This document shows, piece after piece, positions 10,014-19,489 of a DNA stretch of 50,560 nt. The stretch is from Thermodesulfobacteriota bacterium. Lineage in GTDB: Bacteria; Desulfobacterota_D; UBA1144; Nemesobacterales; N074bin48. The translations under genes were made by a program, and so were the position numbers. The notes beneath the pieces were generated by a model. That model saw only the letters and a list, made by a program, of their open reading frames with translations, did not search any database and was not told the origin of the DNA. The number at the start of each line of letters is the position of its first letter. Positions within the stretch are counted from its first letter, which is position 1. Location of the stretch: contig JBFFSH010000007.1 in NCBI GenBank assembly GCA_041572575.1, positions 1-50,560 on the forward strand. The letters run 5' to 3'.

Positions 10014-10025
10014 TATCTTAATAAA

Positions 10026-10760
10026 TTATTGTTCTTCTTCCATAATAGCGTCATCAGAATCCATCATCATAGAATCACTTGAACCGCCACCGCTTGAAAG
10101 CACTTTAAAGTGCGCTCTTCTGTTCTTTGCATAAGCAGATTCAGAAGCATCGGCTCCCCACTCATCTGTCTCACCCTTTCCTACTGATTCGATAATGTTT
10201 ATGTCTACTCCGATTCCTGCAAGATATGCTTCAACTGATTTCGCTCTTTTATCGGCAAGCGCTAAGTTATATTCGTCTGTACCGCGAGTATCACAATAGC
10301 CTTCGATTACTACCTTACTAATTCTTGCACTATTTTCTTTTATGATCCTTGCATTTTGACTAAGTACAGGGCCTGCATCGGGTCTTACTCTTGATTGGTC
10401 ATAATCGAAGAGTATATCAACCAATCCTATTTCAATTGGTGTTCCTTCAGGAACATCTCGGGTATCAGATCTATTAGCTAACTGAAGATCACCCTGTAAC
10501 TCAATTGCTCTGAATCTTGCTTCTTCGAGTTTTTTTTGTGCACCGAGACGATCCCCTGAAGCCAGCAGTTCTCTTGCCTCGGCAATCATTGCTTCTATTT
10601 CTGCGATATCCTCAGGATCACCGCCTTGTTCTCTTAGTTTTTCTAACTCAGTGTTGGCATCACTAAACTCTTTATCAAGCTTTTGCGCACAACTTGTAAT
10701 CATTAAACCAAAAGATAAAAAAGCTACTAAAATAAGTAATTTTGTCTGTAAATTTTTCAT
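10026..10760 (-). CDS. pal: Peptidoglycan-associated lipoprotein (Pal/OmpA family)
   Basis: Lipobox ITSC; ILFDYDQS, IEGYCDTRGTDEYNLALADKRA and KNRRAHF; immediately upstream of cpoB. Confidence 0.85.
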   Translation of the reverse strand: MKNLQTKLLILVAFLSFGLMITSCAQKLDKEFSDANTELEKLREQGGDPEDIAEIEAMIAEARELLASGDRLGAQKKLEEARFRAIELQGDLQLANRSDTRDVPEGTPIEIGLVDILFDYDQSRVRPDAGPVLSQNARIIKENSARISKVVIEGYCDTRGTDEYNLALADKRAKSVEAYLAGIGVDINIIESVGKGETDEWGADASESAYAKNRRAHFKVLSSGGGSSDSMMMDSDDAIMEEEQ

Positions 10761-10863
10761 ACAAGATCTCCCTATAATAAGATATTTTCAAAGTCTGACT
10801 TATTTTACATTTCAAGTCAAGGTGATTAATAGCTAATCAATAAATTGTAATAATTTACCAGTG

Positions 10864-13797
10864 CTATATTGGAAGAGTATTCATATTCTTATCCACAAGA
10901 ACATCTTTAACGGTTCTTGTAAGTTCTTCAATCTTGTATGGTTTGATCACAGCACCCTTAAAGCCATATTTATAGAAATTAGATACTATTTGTGCGTTTG
11001 AATACCCGCTTATTACTATCGCTTTAACCTCGGGATCTATATTTTGTAGCTGTTTTATTGTATCTTCAGCACCCATTCCTCCCGGTACCGTAAGGTCCAT
11101 AATAACAACATCATATTTCTGGTTGCCCTCATATGCCTCTCTATATAGATCAATTGCCTCTTTGCCATCTGAGGCAAATGAAACTTCATAGCCAAGGTAG
11201 CATAGAATTGAGCCTGCAATCTCTCTTATAACCTCATCATCATCCATTACCAGAATTTTACCGTGCTGCTGATTATCATCAGGTTTACCAATAACCGTCT
11301 GGGCAACTTCTTCATCAAGAAGGGGTATAACATCCCTGCTCGCCGGCAGATATATAGATACTTTTGTTCCCTTATCCTCAGAAGAATCGATTTTTATAAA
11401 CCCTTTGTGGCTCTTAATTGTCGTGTAGGTATTGGAAAGGCCAAGACCTGCGTGGTTTTCTTTTGTCGTAAAATACGGATCATATATCTTTGCAAGATGA
11501 TCTTCAGAAATCCCAGTTCCGTTGTCTTCAATAATAATTCTTACATACTCGCCGTCCACTGTCACATTGTTCACATTTTGCTTTATGGTTACATTTTGAA
11601 CTGACGTTTTGATGGTTCCCCCATCGGGCATTGCCTGAAGAGAGTTTAGAACTATATCATAAATAGATTGGATGAACTGCTTTTGATCAACCTCAACTAG
11701 CCATATATTTTCAGAACATTCAAATGTACATTTTACTTTTGAACCCGTTAGCAAGAACTTAACAGACTCTTTAACAAGATCGGATATAGATGATATTTTT
11801 TTGTTAGGTGAAACACCCTCTGCAAAATTTATTAGCTGCTTTGTAAGATCAGCTGCCTTAAAACATTCAATCTCTGCCTCTGTAAGCCTTTTATGTATTT
11901 TGTCGTCTGTATCTACATACATCTTTGATAGCGAAAGGTTTCCTATTATTCCCGTGAGAATGTTATTAAAATCATGAGCTATACCGCCTGCAAGGGTTTC
12001 AAGCGATTCAAGCTTTTGCACCTTTACAAGCTCCTGCCTTAACTTCTGCTTTTCTGTAATATCATTAAATACAATTACGTTTCCTACAATATTATTGTTG
12101 TTATCCTTTATATATGAGCCGCTTGCGCTTATTATCTTTTGTTTATCTGTTTTGGATCTAATCTTTATTTCGTCTTTTGTTCCAACTATTTTGCCCTGCT
12201 GCAGATCACGTCCTGTTTGAATATCGTTGATATTACTGTTTGCCTCAGAGTCCCATATCAATACTTCTTCTAGTTTTCTACCCTCGGCATCTTTTTGAGT
12301 CCATTCTGTGATGTTCTCTGCCACACGATTAAAAAGCAAGATGTTGCCATCACTGTCTGTGGTAATAACTCCATCACCTATCGACCTAAGGGTAGTTGAA
12401 AGCATCTCCTTTTCTTCGGTGATGGCATTTTCCATTTTCTTTCTGCCGCTTATATCCTCAAGAACAATCATTCCTCCCGTTACTTCATCATTAGAATCCT
12501 TGGATGGAGAAAGAGAGGCCATAAGCCATAAATCCTTTCTTTTGCCTGCAATTTTAAGGTTGAACTCACAGCGGGAAAAACTGCCTTTGAGCATCTTTCT
12601 GGATGCAGCCGTAAATTTTTCATTACCAAGTTCTCTAATATCCATTCCGACTATCTCATCAAAGGTTGTCTGAAGAATTTCTGCAATTCTTCTGTTACAC
12701 TGATAAACCCTAAAATCATTATCCAAAAGCAAAACACCCACCGGGGACTTGTCAAAAAGACTTTTAAAACGATCTTCGGATTGTTTTAGTTCCTCATTTT
12801 TGCTAATGTAGCCAAGAGTCATTTCAATCTGTGAGGAGACCGTATCAAAAAATTCTAAATCCTCTTCTGAAAAAGCTTCAGTATCACTTGTTGAAAACAG
12901 GCTTAATGAACCAATTGTTATTCCATTTTGTTTTAATGGAACCGAGAGGAAGCTTTTAACACCAAACTGCTTTTCAGTGTCTGTAATATATTTACTGTTA
13001 TTTACGTCTTTAATAAATACTCTATCCTCGCTTATTATTGCAGCCCAAGGAAGCCCTTTAGAATAGTTAAGAGATGAAGGAATATTTATGGTTTTATCAC
13101 CGGGTCGAGCAGAACATATCAACGCCGCCTTTTGATCTTCAAGCTTATATATGGAAACTAAATCCACGCTGTTCATACCGCTTTGCAAACTGGTAGCTAC
13201 AGCATTTAAAATTTCAGTAAAGTTGTTAGAACTGTACGTTGCATTTAATACAGATTTGAGTAGTGATTTATGATCGTTTGGGCTCTGTTCTACTTTGGGA
13301 GCTGTATCATTGTTTTCGTTTTGTAATACATCTGACTTAACTTCCTCTTTGTTTACTGTAGATGTAAAGAACCCAATATGATTTTCAGAATTGCTTGTTT
13401 CTTTAGTTTTCTGCTTACTAGATTCACTTTTATTTTCATCTATTAATGAATTTATACCGTCTCTGAGCTGTGTTTTCTTAAAAGGCTCTATAATGCATAT
13501 ATGTTTAAAATCTAATTTCTCTTTAATAAAGTTTTCGGCAGTGAGTTTATCGGTAATAAACAAAAAACTAGTCTTTAAATTAGTAAAAATTTCATTTGCA
13601 AGATCAAGACATTTTTTATAATTTTCCTTACTTGCATTAAACAGGATTAACCCCGGAGTTAATTCAGCCGCTTTATCCAAAAATATTTCATGATCTGTAA
13701 CAACTGTTGTTGGAAATCCAAGCTCTTTTACAATTGAGTTTAGATAATTGGCTATTTTAGAGTTCTGTTCATAAATAAGTACAGTCCTATCAAGCAT
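10864..13797 (-). CDS. Cytoplasmic hybrid sensor histidine kinase (pseudo-REC, GAF, PAS, PAS, HisKA, HATPase, REC)
   Basis: GGIAHDFNNIL H-box, DNGTGI and PYFTTK..GLGL, C-terminal receiver ILVMDDD..IMDL..KPY; no TM helix evident. Confidence 0.93.
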   Translation of the reverse strand: MLDRTVLIYEQNSKIANYLNSIVKELGFPTTVVTDHEIFLDKAAELTPGLILFNASKENYKKCLDLANEIFTNLKTSFLFITDKLTAENFIKEKLDFKHICIIEPFKKTQLRDGINSLIDENKSESSKQKTKETSNSENHIGFFTSTVNKEEVKSDVLQNENNDTAPKVEQSPNDHKSLLKSVLNATYSSNNFTEILNAVATSLQSGMNSVDLVSIYKLEDQKAALICSARPGDKTINIPSSLNYSKGLPWAAIISEDRVFIKDVNNSKYITDTEKQFGVKSFLSVPLKQNGITIGSLSLFSTSDTEAFSEEDLEFFDTVSSQIEMTLGYISKNEELKQSEDRFKSLFDKSPVGVLLLDNDFRVYQCNRRIAEILQTTFDEIVGMDIRELGNEKFTAASRKMLKGSFSRCEFNLKIAGKRKDLWLMASLSPSKDSNDEVTGGMIVLEDISGRKKMENAITEEKEMLSTTLRSIGDGVITTDSDGNILLFNRVAENITEWTQKDAEGRKLEEVLIWDSEANSNINDIQTGRDLQQGKIVGTKDEIKIRSKTDKQKIISASGSYIKDNNNNIVGNVIVFNDITEKQKLRQELVKVQKLESLETLAGGIAHDFNNILTGIIGNLSLSKMYVDTDDKIHKRLTEAEIECFKAADLTKQLINFAEGVSPNKKISSISDLVKESVKFLLTGSKVKCTFECSENIWLVEVDQKQFIQSIYDIVLNSLQAMPDGGTIKTSVQNVTIKQNVNNVTVDGEYVRIIIEDNGTGISEDHLAKIYDPYFTTKENHAGLGLSNTYTTIKSHKGFIKIDSSEDKGTKVSIYLPASRDVIPLLDEEVAQTVIGKPDDNQQHGKILVMDDDEVIREIAGSILCYLGYEVSFASDGKEAIDLYREAYEGNQKYDVVIMDLTVPGGMGAEDTIKQLQNIDPEVKAIVISGYSNAQIVSNFYKYGFKGAVIKPYKIEELTRTVKDVLVDKNMNTLPI

Positions 13798-13993
13798 TAC
13801 AATGTTCTCCTGATACAGTAAGCCCTTACAACTTCATAATTATACATCTATTTTTATTTAGCTGTTGTAAAATATTGTTGCAATTAAAATGCCAATTGTA
13901 ATGTTAGGAAATAGCTTAAGTATCTGAAGTTTAATAGTATCAAGGCATTTTAGATACTTGAGAAATTAGAGGTATACACTGGTAAATATTGAG

Positions 13994-15373
13994 TTAGCTA
14001 AGCCTATTTACAGCCTCTTTTAAAGGAGTTTCTACAATATTTCTAATTTCTTTGAGTCTGTTCTCATCTTGTGCTTCGAATCTTAACACTACTGCAGGCT
14101 GTGTATTTGATGCTCTAAGGAGTCCCCATCCATCAGGGAATTCAATCCTTAAACCATCGATCCCGTTTACCTCATACTGGCTGGAAAGCTCTTTTTTTAC
14201 TTCATCCACTGCCTTGAATTTAATATCATCAGGGCAGTCAACCCTTATCTCAGGAGTGGATAATGCCTCAGGCACGCCTGAGAGTAAGTCTGAAACCGTT
14301 TTGCCTGTTTTGGATAATATTTCGAGCACTCTAAGCGCCGCATATACAGCATCATCATATCCAAAAAACCTGTGTGAAAAAAATATATGCCCGCTCATCT
14401 CCCCGGCAAGCTCTGCACCTTGTTCCTTCATCTTGCTTTTTATAAGAGAATGCCCTGTTTTCCACATAAGGGGTTTACCGCCGCTTTGCTCAATAGCATT
14501 AAAAAGCCTGCCAGAGCATTTTACATCCCCTATTATCTGAGCCCCCGGGACTTCTTTTAAAACATCTCTTGCAAGAATAAGCATGAGCATATCGCCCCAG
14601 ACGATGTTACCATTTTCGTCTACTACACCTATTCTGTCCGCATCACCGTCAAATCCAATACCGATATCAAGACAATTTTCCTTAACTACCTTAATAAGGT
14701 CCTGCAGATTTTCTTCAACAGTTGGATCAGGGTGATGATTTGGAAAATTTCCATCAGGTTTTGTGTAAAGCTCAGTAACTTCACACCCTTTTCGTCGGAT
14801 AATATCTGGACCTACAAGACCACCCATGCCGTTTCCACAGTCAATCCCAACTTTAAGTCCGGGTTTAATATCAATGTTCTCAGTCAGGTAGTTTATATAT
14901 AAATCCATTATATCAGTCTTCTCAGTTTTGCCGTTTCCTGCTGCAAATTCCCCACTCTCGGCGATTTGCCTTATTTCCTGAATCTGGCTTCCATAAAGGG
15001 ATTCTCTTCCGATGCAAAGCTTAATACCATTAAAGTCACTGGGATTATGACTTGCTGTAATCATAGCACCGCCTCCAACCTCCAGATTAAAAAGGGAAAA
15101 ATAGACCATTGGTGTAGATACCATTCCAAGATCAACTACGTCAATGCCACAGGAGTTAAGCCCCTTGCAAAATGTTTGCGAATATAATGGGGAACTCTCT
15201 CTGCAGTCCCTTCCTAAGGAAACAATTTTTTTGCCATGATTGGATAGATACGTCCCATAAGCCTTTGCTATTATTTCAACTATTTGTTCTGATAGATCTT
15301 TATCAACTATTCCCCTTATGTCATATTCTCTGAAAATTCCAGGGTTAATCTGTAGCATTTGTACATCCTCCAA
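13994..15373 (-). CDS. algC: Phosphomannomutase/phosphoglucomutase (AlgC-type)
   Basis: FREYDIRG, ITASHNP, FDGDADR, GEMSGH and RASNTQP. Confidence 0.93.
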   Translation of the reverse strand: MEDVQMLQINPGIFREYDIRGIVDKDLSEQIVEIIAKAYGTYLSNHGKKIVSLGRDCRESSPLYSQTFCKGLNSCGIDVVDLGMVSTPMVYFSLFNLEVGGGAMITASHNPSDFNGIKLCIGRESLYGSQIQEIRQIAESGEFAAGNGKTEKTDIMDLYINYLTENIDIKPGLKVGIDCGNGMGGLVGPDIIRRKGCEVTELYTKPDGNFPNHHPDPTVEENLQDLIKVVKENCLDIGIGFDGDADRIGVVDENGNIVWGDMLMLILARDVLKEVPGAQIIGDVKCSGRLFNAIEQSGGKPLMWKTGHSLIKSKMKEQGAELAGEMSGHIFFSHRFFGYDDAVYAALRVLEILSKTGKTVSDLLSGVPEALSTPEIRVDCPDDIKFKAVDEVKKELSSQYEVNGIDGLRIEFPDGWGLLRASNTQPAVVLRFEAQDENRLKEIRNIVETPLKEAVNRLS

Positions 15374-15517
15374 TTTTACATCTGTAATTATTTGAAAAAT
15401 AAGTAATCAGTTAAGAATATATGATTGCAAGGATTATTACTGATTATATTTAATAAATAAACATCTTTACACAAAAGCCTATCCAATTAAATTTTATATA
15501 CTCAATTATAAGCATGC

Positions 15518-15546
15518 TTGACTAAACACTCTGCGCTTCTTATTCT
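15518..15546 (+). promoter_or_regulatory. Sigma70-type promoter of trpE, probably leaderless
   Basis: TTGACT (15518)-17 nt-TATTCT (15541), ending 7 nt before the ATG; no clear SD. Confidence 0.6.
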
Positions 15547-15553
15547 TTGAGCC

Positions 15554-17038
15554 ATGATTTTTCCTACTTTTACAGAGTTTAAGAAAAAACTGGATAAGGG
15601 AAATCTTGTGCCCGTTTGGAGTGAGTTTCTTGCTGATTTTGATACTCCGGTATCAGCACTAAAAAAGATAGATAAGGGTAAATACTCATTTTTGTTTGAA
15701 AGTGTTGAGGGTGGAGAAAAATGGGGTAGGTACAGTTTTTTGGGAACGGAACCCACAGTTATTTTCCGCTCAAAGGGAAACAAAATTGAAATAATAGAAA
15801 ACGGAAAGACTAAAACAGAACAGGGCAACCCGATTGACCGATTAAGGGTGCTGATGTCAAAATATAAACCAGTCCCTGCTTCAGAGCTGCCCCGGTTTTC
15901 AGGCGGGGCGGTAGGGTTTTTTTCTTATGACATTGTAAGGTTTGTTGAAGACCTGCCGGTAGATACAACTGACGACCTTGGCTGCTGGGACTGTCTATAT
16001 ATGATTACAGATACCATTTTGGTTTTTGATAATGTAAGCCATAAAATCAAAATCATCTCTAATGCCTTTGCTGAAAACAAGAAAGATGCCAAAGAAGCTT
16101 ATGATAATGCAATTAAAAAAATAGGTGAACTAAAATCAAGGATATCAAAGAAAGCCTCATTCTATGATAACCAGGCAACGGCAAAGAAACGTAGCAAAAG
16201 CAAGCCTGCTATAAAATCAAATTTCAAGCCCCAAGACTATAAAGAGGCTGTAAACAAGACTAAAAAATATATAAGAGAAGGCGATATAATTCAGGCCGTA
16301 ATTTCCCAAAGGTGGAAAACAAAGCTTAACACCGACCCGCTTGACCTGTATAGGGCTCTTAGGATATTGAACCCTTCACCATATCTTTTTTATTTAAAAA
16401 TGGGAACGGAGTATCTGGTAGGCTCATCACCCGAAGTAATGGTAAGAGTAGAGGGTAGTAATGTAGAGAACAGGCCTATTGCAGGCACGCGCCCAAGGGG
16501 AAAGAACGAATCTCAAGACAACAAATATGAAAAAGAGCTTCTTGCAGACCCTAAAGAGAGGGCAGAGCACATAATGCTTGTTGATCTTGCTAGAAACGAC
16601 CTTGGACGAGTCGCAAAGGTAGGCACGGTAAAAGTGGATGAATTTATGACTGTCGAAAGATACTCTCATGTTATGCATATAGTGTCTAATGTGATTGCAA
16701 AGCTAAAAAGAGGCAAAGATGCTTTTGATGTAATTAAGGCTACTTACCCTGCTGGCACACTCTCAGGCGCACCAAAAGTAAGAGCAATGGAAATTATAGA
16801 AGAGATGGAATCTACTAGAAGAGGGCCATACGGAGGGGCAGTTGGTTACTTCAGTTTTTCCGGCAACATGGATACTTCTATTGTAATAAGGACATTTTAC
16901 ATAAAGGACGGCAGCATTTATTTTCAGGCAGGCGCTGGTATAGTAGCTGACTCAGTTCCTCAAAATGAGTACAACGAATGCGTAAATAAAGCCAAGGCTT
17001 TAGTAAAAGCAATTGAGCTTACTGAGAGCGGCTTATAG
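15554..17038 (+). CDS. trpE: Anthranilate synthase component I
   Basis: [52 protein letters not shown] and [12 protein letters not shown]. Confidence 0.95.
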   Translation: MIFPTFTEFKKKLDKGNLVPVWSEFLADFDTPVSALKKIDKGKYSFLFESVEGGEKWGRYSFLGTEPTVIFRSKGNKIEIIENGKTKTEQGNPIDRLRVLMSKYKPVPASELPRFSGGAVGFFSYDIVRFVEDLPVDTTDDLGCWDCLYMITDTILVFDNVSHKIKIISNAFAENKKDAKEAYDNAIKKIGELKSRISKKASFYDNQATAKKRSKSKPAIKSNFKPQDYKEAVNKTKKYIREGDIIQAVISQRWKTKLNTDPLDLYRALRILNPSPYLFYLKMGTEYLVGSSPEVMVRVEGSNVENRPIAGTRPRGKNESQDNKYEKELLADPKERAEHIMLVDLARNDLGRVAKVGTVKVDEFMTVERYSHVMHIVSNVIAKLKRGKDAFDVIKATYPAGTLSGAPKVRAMEIIEEMESTRRGPYGGAVGYFSFSGNMDTSIVIRTFYIKDGSIYFQAGAGIVADSVPQNEYNECVNKAKALVKAIELTESGL

Positions 17039-17058
17039 AATTAACAGAATAAAAACAA

Positions 17059-17637
17059 ATGATTTTAATGCTCGACAACTATGATTCTTTTACATACAAC
17101 CTTGTCCACTATCTTGGTGAACTTGGTCAAGATGTAGTGGTACACCGAAATGATAAAATCACAGTAGAACAAATCGAACAGGCCGACCCCGATATAATCA
17201 TGATATCACCCGGCCCATGCACGCCAAAAGAAGCCGGGATTTCTATGGATCTGGTTAACAAGTTTAAAGGTGTTAAGCCCATATTTGGAGTGTGTCTTGG
17301 TCATCAGTCAATTGCTGAAGCATTTGGGGCAAAAATCATCAAGGCAAAAAAACTGCTGCACGGAAAGACTTCGGAAATTTTTCATGATGGCAAAGGAATT
17401 TATAAAGGAATTGAGAATCCTTTTGTAGCAACGAGATATCATTCGCTTATAATAGATAAAAAAACCCTTCCAAAAGATTTTGAAATTTCTGCCTGGACAA
17501 AGGAAGGCGAAATAATGGGTATCAGGCACAAAAAACTGCAAATTGAAGGAGTGCAGTTTCACCCCGAATCCATACTTACTGAACGTGGTAAGGATCTGCT
17601 TAAAAATTATTTAGAAATACAAGAGCAGCTTAGCTAA
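17059..17637 (+). CDS. trpG: Anthranilate/aminodeoxychorismate synthase component II (glutamine amidotransferase)
   Basis: DNYDSFTYNL, SPGPCTP, GVCLGHQ, RYHSL and QFHPES. Confidence 0.93.
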   Translation: MILMLDNYDSFTYNLVHYLGELGQDVVVHRNDKITVEQIEQADPDIIMISPGPCTPKEAGISMDLVNKFKGVKPIFGVCLGHQSIAEAFGAKIIKAKKLLHGKTSEIFHDGKGIYKGIENPFVATRYHSLIIDKKTLPKDFEISAWTKEGEIMGIRHKKLQIEGVQFHPESILTERGKDLLKNYLEIQEQLS

Positions 17638-17678
17638 GAGCATAACCAATAAAAAATTTTTAATTATTAGGAGTTAAG

Positions 17679-19406
17679 ATGAAGCTATTATTTAGACCTC
17701 GTTACGAACAACATTTAGGAAAAAGGGAGCTGCCATTTGGCACTTTTGACGATCCAGCTACCTGGCTTCCCATAACCCGTTATTTAGAACAAGGGGCCGA
17801 GAAATTTCCAAGAAAAACACTATTCAAAGTAGCAGATAACGATGGAGTCTTAGTAGAGCAATATTCTTATGAACAGGCAAATGGCTGGGCAAACAGAGTT
17901 GCAAACGCCTTGTCATCAAAATACAAGATTCAAAAAGGTGACAGAATAGGTATCTACATGCTCAACTGCTCAGAGTTTATATTCTCTATTCTTGGCATAC
18001 ATAAGGTAGGGGGAGTACAAGTACCTATAAATAAGGACGAAAAGGGTGAGCGACTTTCTTATATTATTAATTATTCCGAGATGAAAGCTTTACTTGTAGA
18101 TAAATCCAGCCTGCCTTTTTTACAGGAGGTTTCAGATCAGCTTACAAATCTTGAAGTAATAATAATTACTGATGATCCTCAAAATATCCCTTCAAGAATA
18201 GCAAACATACCCTGCATAAGCTTTAGTAGTTTTAGCTCTTTTTCAAAGTTCAACCACAACCTTCTGGTGAAAACCTCTGATGTTGAAAGGTGTATGTTTA
18301 CCTCGGGTACTACAGGGATGCCAAAGGGAGTGCTTAGAGAGCATGGTGGCGTAATACTAACGGTAAGGGGTTATCTGCAGCAGCACGGAGTAAGAAGCGG
18401 TGATACACTCATGAGCGTGCTTACGCTTGCCCATGCAAATGCTCAGGTTATGTGCCTGTTTGCTTCAATTGCAGCAGGGGCAACAGCTGTGTTCTACCCA
18501 CGGTTCTCTGCATCAAGCTTCTGGAAATGGGCCTATGAATGCGGGGCTACCGTTACCAATATGCTTGGAGCTGTTGCTGAATACCTGTGGGCAGCAGAGC
18601 CTACAGAGTGGGATAGAAAACACAACGTAAGGACTGTTCTTTCAGGCCCTGCACCAAAAAACTTAGAAGAATTTCAGAGTAGATTTAACACAAGAACAAT
18701 TGACGGGTACGGCTCTACAGAGATGGGAATGGTACTCTGGAAAGACCCAGAAGACCATAGGCTCGGTTCATCAGGGTATCCGATGCAGGGTTATTATGTA
18801 GAACTACGAAATCCATTAAATCACAATGAAGTCTTAAGCCCCATGTGGGACCCTACCGAAGACCAGACTCCTCCAGAAGATGCTCAGGGGTTATTATTCA
18901 TTAGACCACTTATCCCTCATACTACACTAAATGAATATTTTAAGGACGAGCAAAGAACCAAGGAAGCTTTTGATGAAGAAGGATTTTTTAACTCAGATGA
19001 CCTCTTTGCAAGAGGCATGGACGGAAGGTATTACTTTGTGGGCAGGTATTCAAGAATAAGGGTATCCGGAGAGAATGTCGATCCTGTTGCAGTCGCAAAT
19101 GAAGCACTCAAATATGATTCCATTCACGAAGCTATAGCAGTCGGTATAAGACTACCAAATGTAGCCGATGATGAGATTAAGCTCAATCTCACTATTAAAC
19201 AGGGAGCTTCATTTGACCCTGTTGAGTTTTGTAAATGGATGGCAGACCGAGTAATTATTGCCATGGTTCCAAGATTTATTGAAGTCTATGAGAGCGGTTT
19301 TCCAACGACAGCCACACAGAAAGTAAGAGTAGCGGAGCTAAAAGAACTTTCCGAAAAGACCTGGGACAGAAATGAATCAGGGCTTAAATTTAGCGCCAGA
19401 AAATAA
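17679..19406 (+). CDS. Acyl-CoA synthetase, CaiC (crotonobetaine/carnitine-CoA ligase)-like
   Basis: FTSGTTGMPKG P-loop, YGSTE, RFSASSFW and C-terminal TATQKV lysine; AGGAG RBS. Substrate unknown. Confidence 0.85.
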   Translation: MKLLFRPRYEQHLGKRELPFGTFDDPATWLPITRYLEQGAEKFPRKTLFKVADNDGVLVEQYSYEQANGWANRVANALSSKYKIQKGDRIGIYMLNCSEFIFSILGIHKVGGVQVPINKDEKGERLSYIINYSEMKALLVDKSSLPFLQEVSDQLTNLEVIIITDDPQNIPSRIANIPCISFSSFSSFSKFNHNLLVKTSDVERCMFTSGTTGMPKGVLREHGGVILTVRGYLQQHGVRSGDTLMSVLTLAHANAQVMCLFASIAAGATAVFYPRFSASSFWKWAYECGATVTNMLGAVAEYLWAAEPTEWDRKHNVRTVLSGPAPKNLEEFQSRFNTRTIDGYGSTEMGMVLWKDPEDHRLGSSGYPMQGYYVELRNPLNHNEVLSPMWDPTEDQTPPEDAQGLLFIRPLIPHTTLNEYFKDEQRTKEAFDEEGFFNSDDLFARGMDGRYYFVGRYSRIRVSGENVDPVAVANEALKYDSIHEAIAVGIRLPNVADDEIKLNLTIKQGASFDPVEFCKWMADRVIIAMVPRFIEVYESGFPTTATQKVRVAELKELSEKTWDRNESGLKFSARK

Positions 19407-19489
19407 TGCCGGGAAAAAAATCTTCTTTACATTAGAACTTTGCTGTTATTATTATCAGCAACTAAATAACGATCCATTCAGTACCAACT

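Noticed and set aside
15374..15553. trp attenuator or T-box upstream of trpE
   Set aside because: No Trp-rich leader peptide or terminator; the candidate promoter abuts the start codon.
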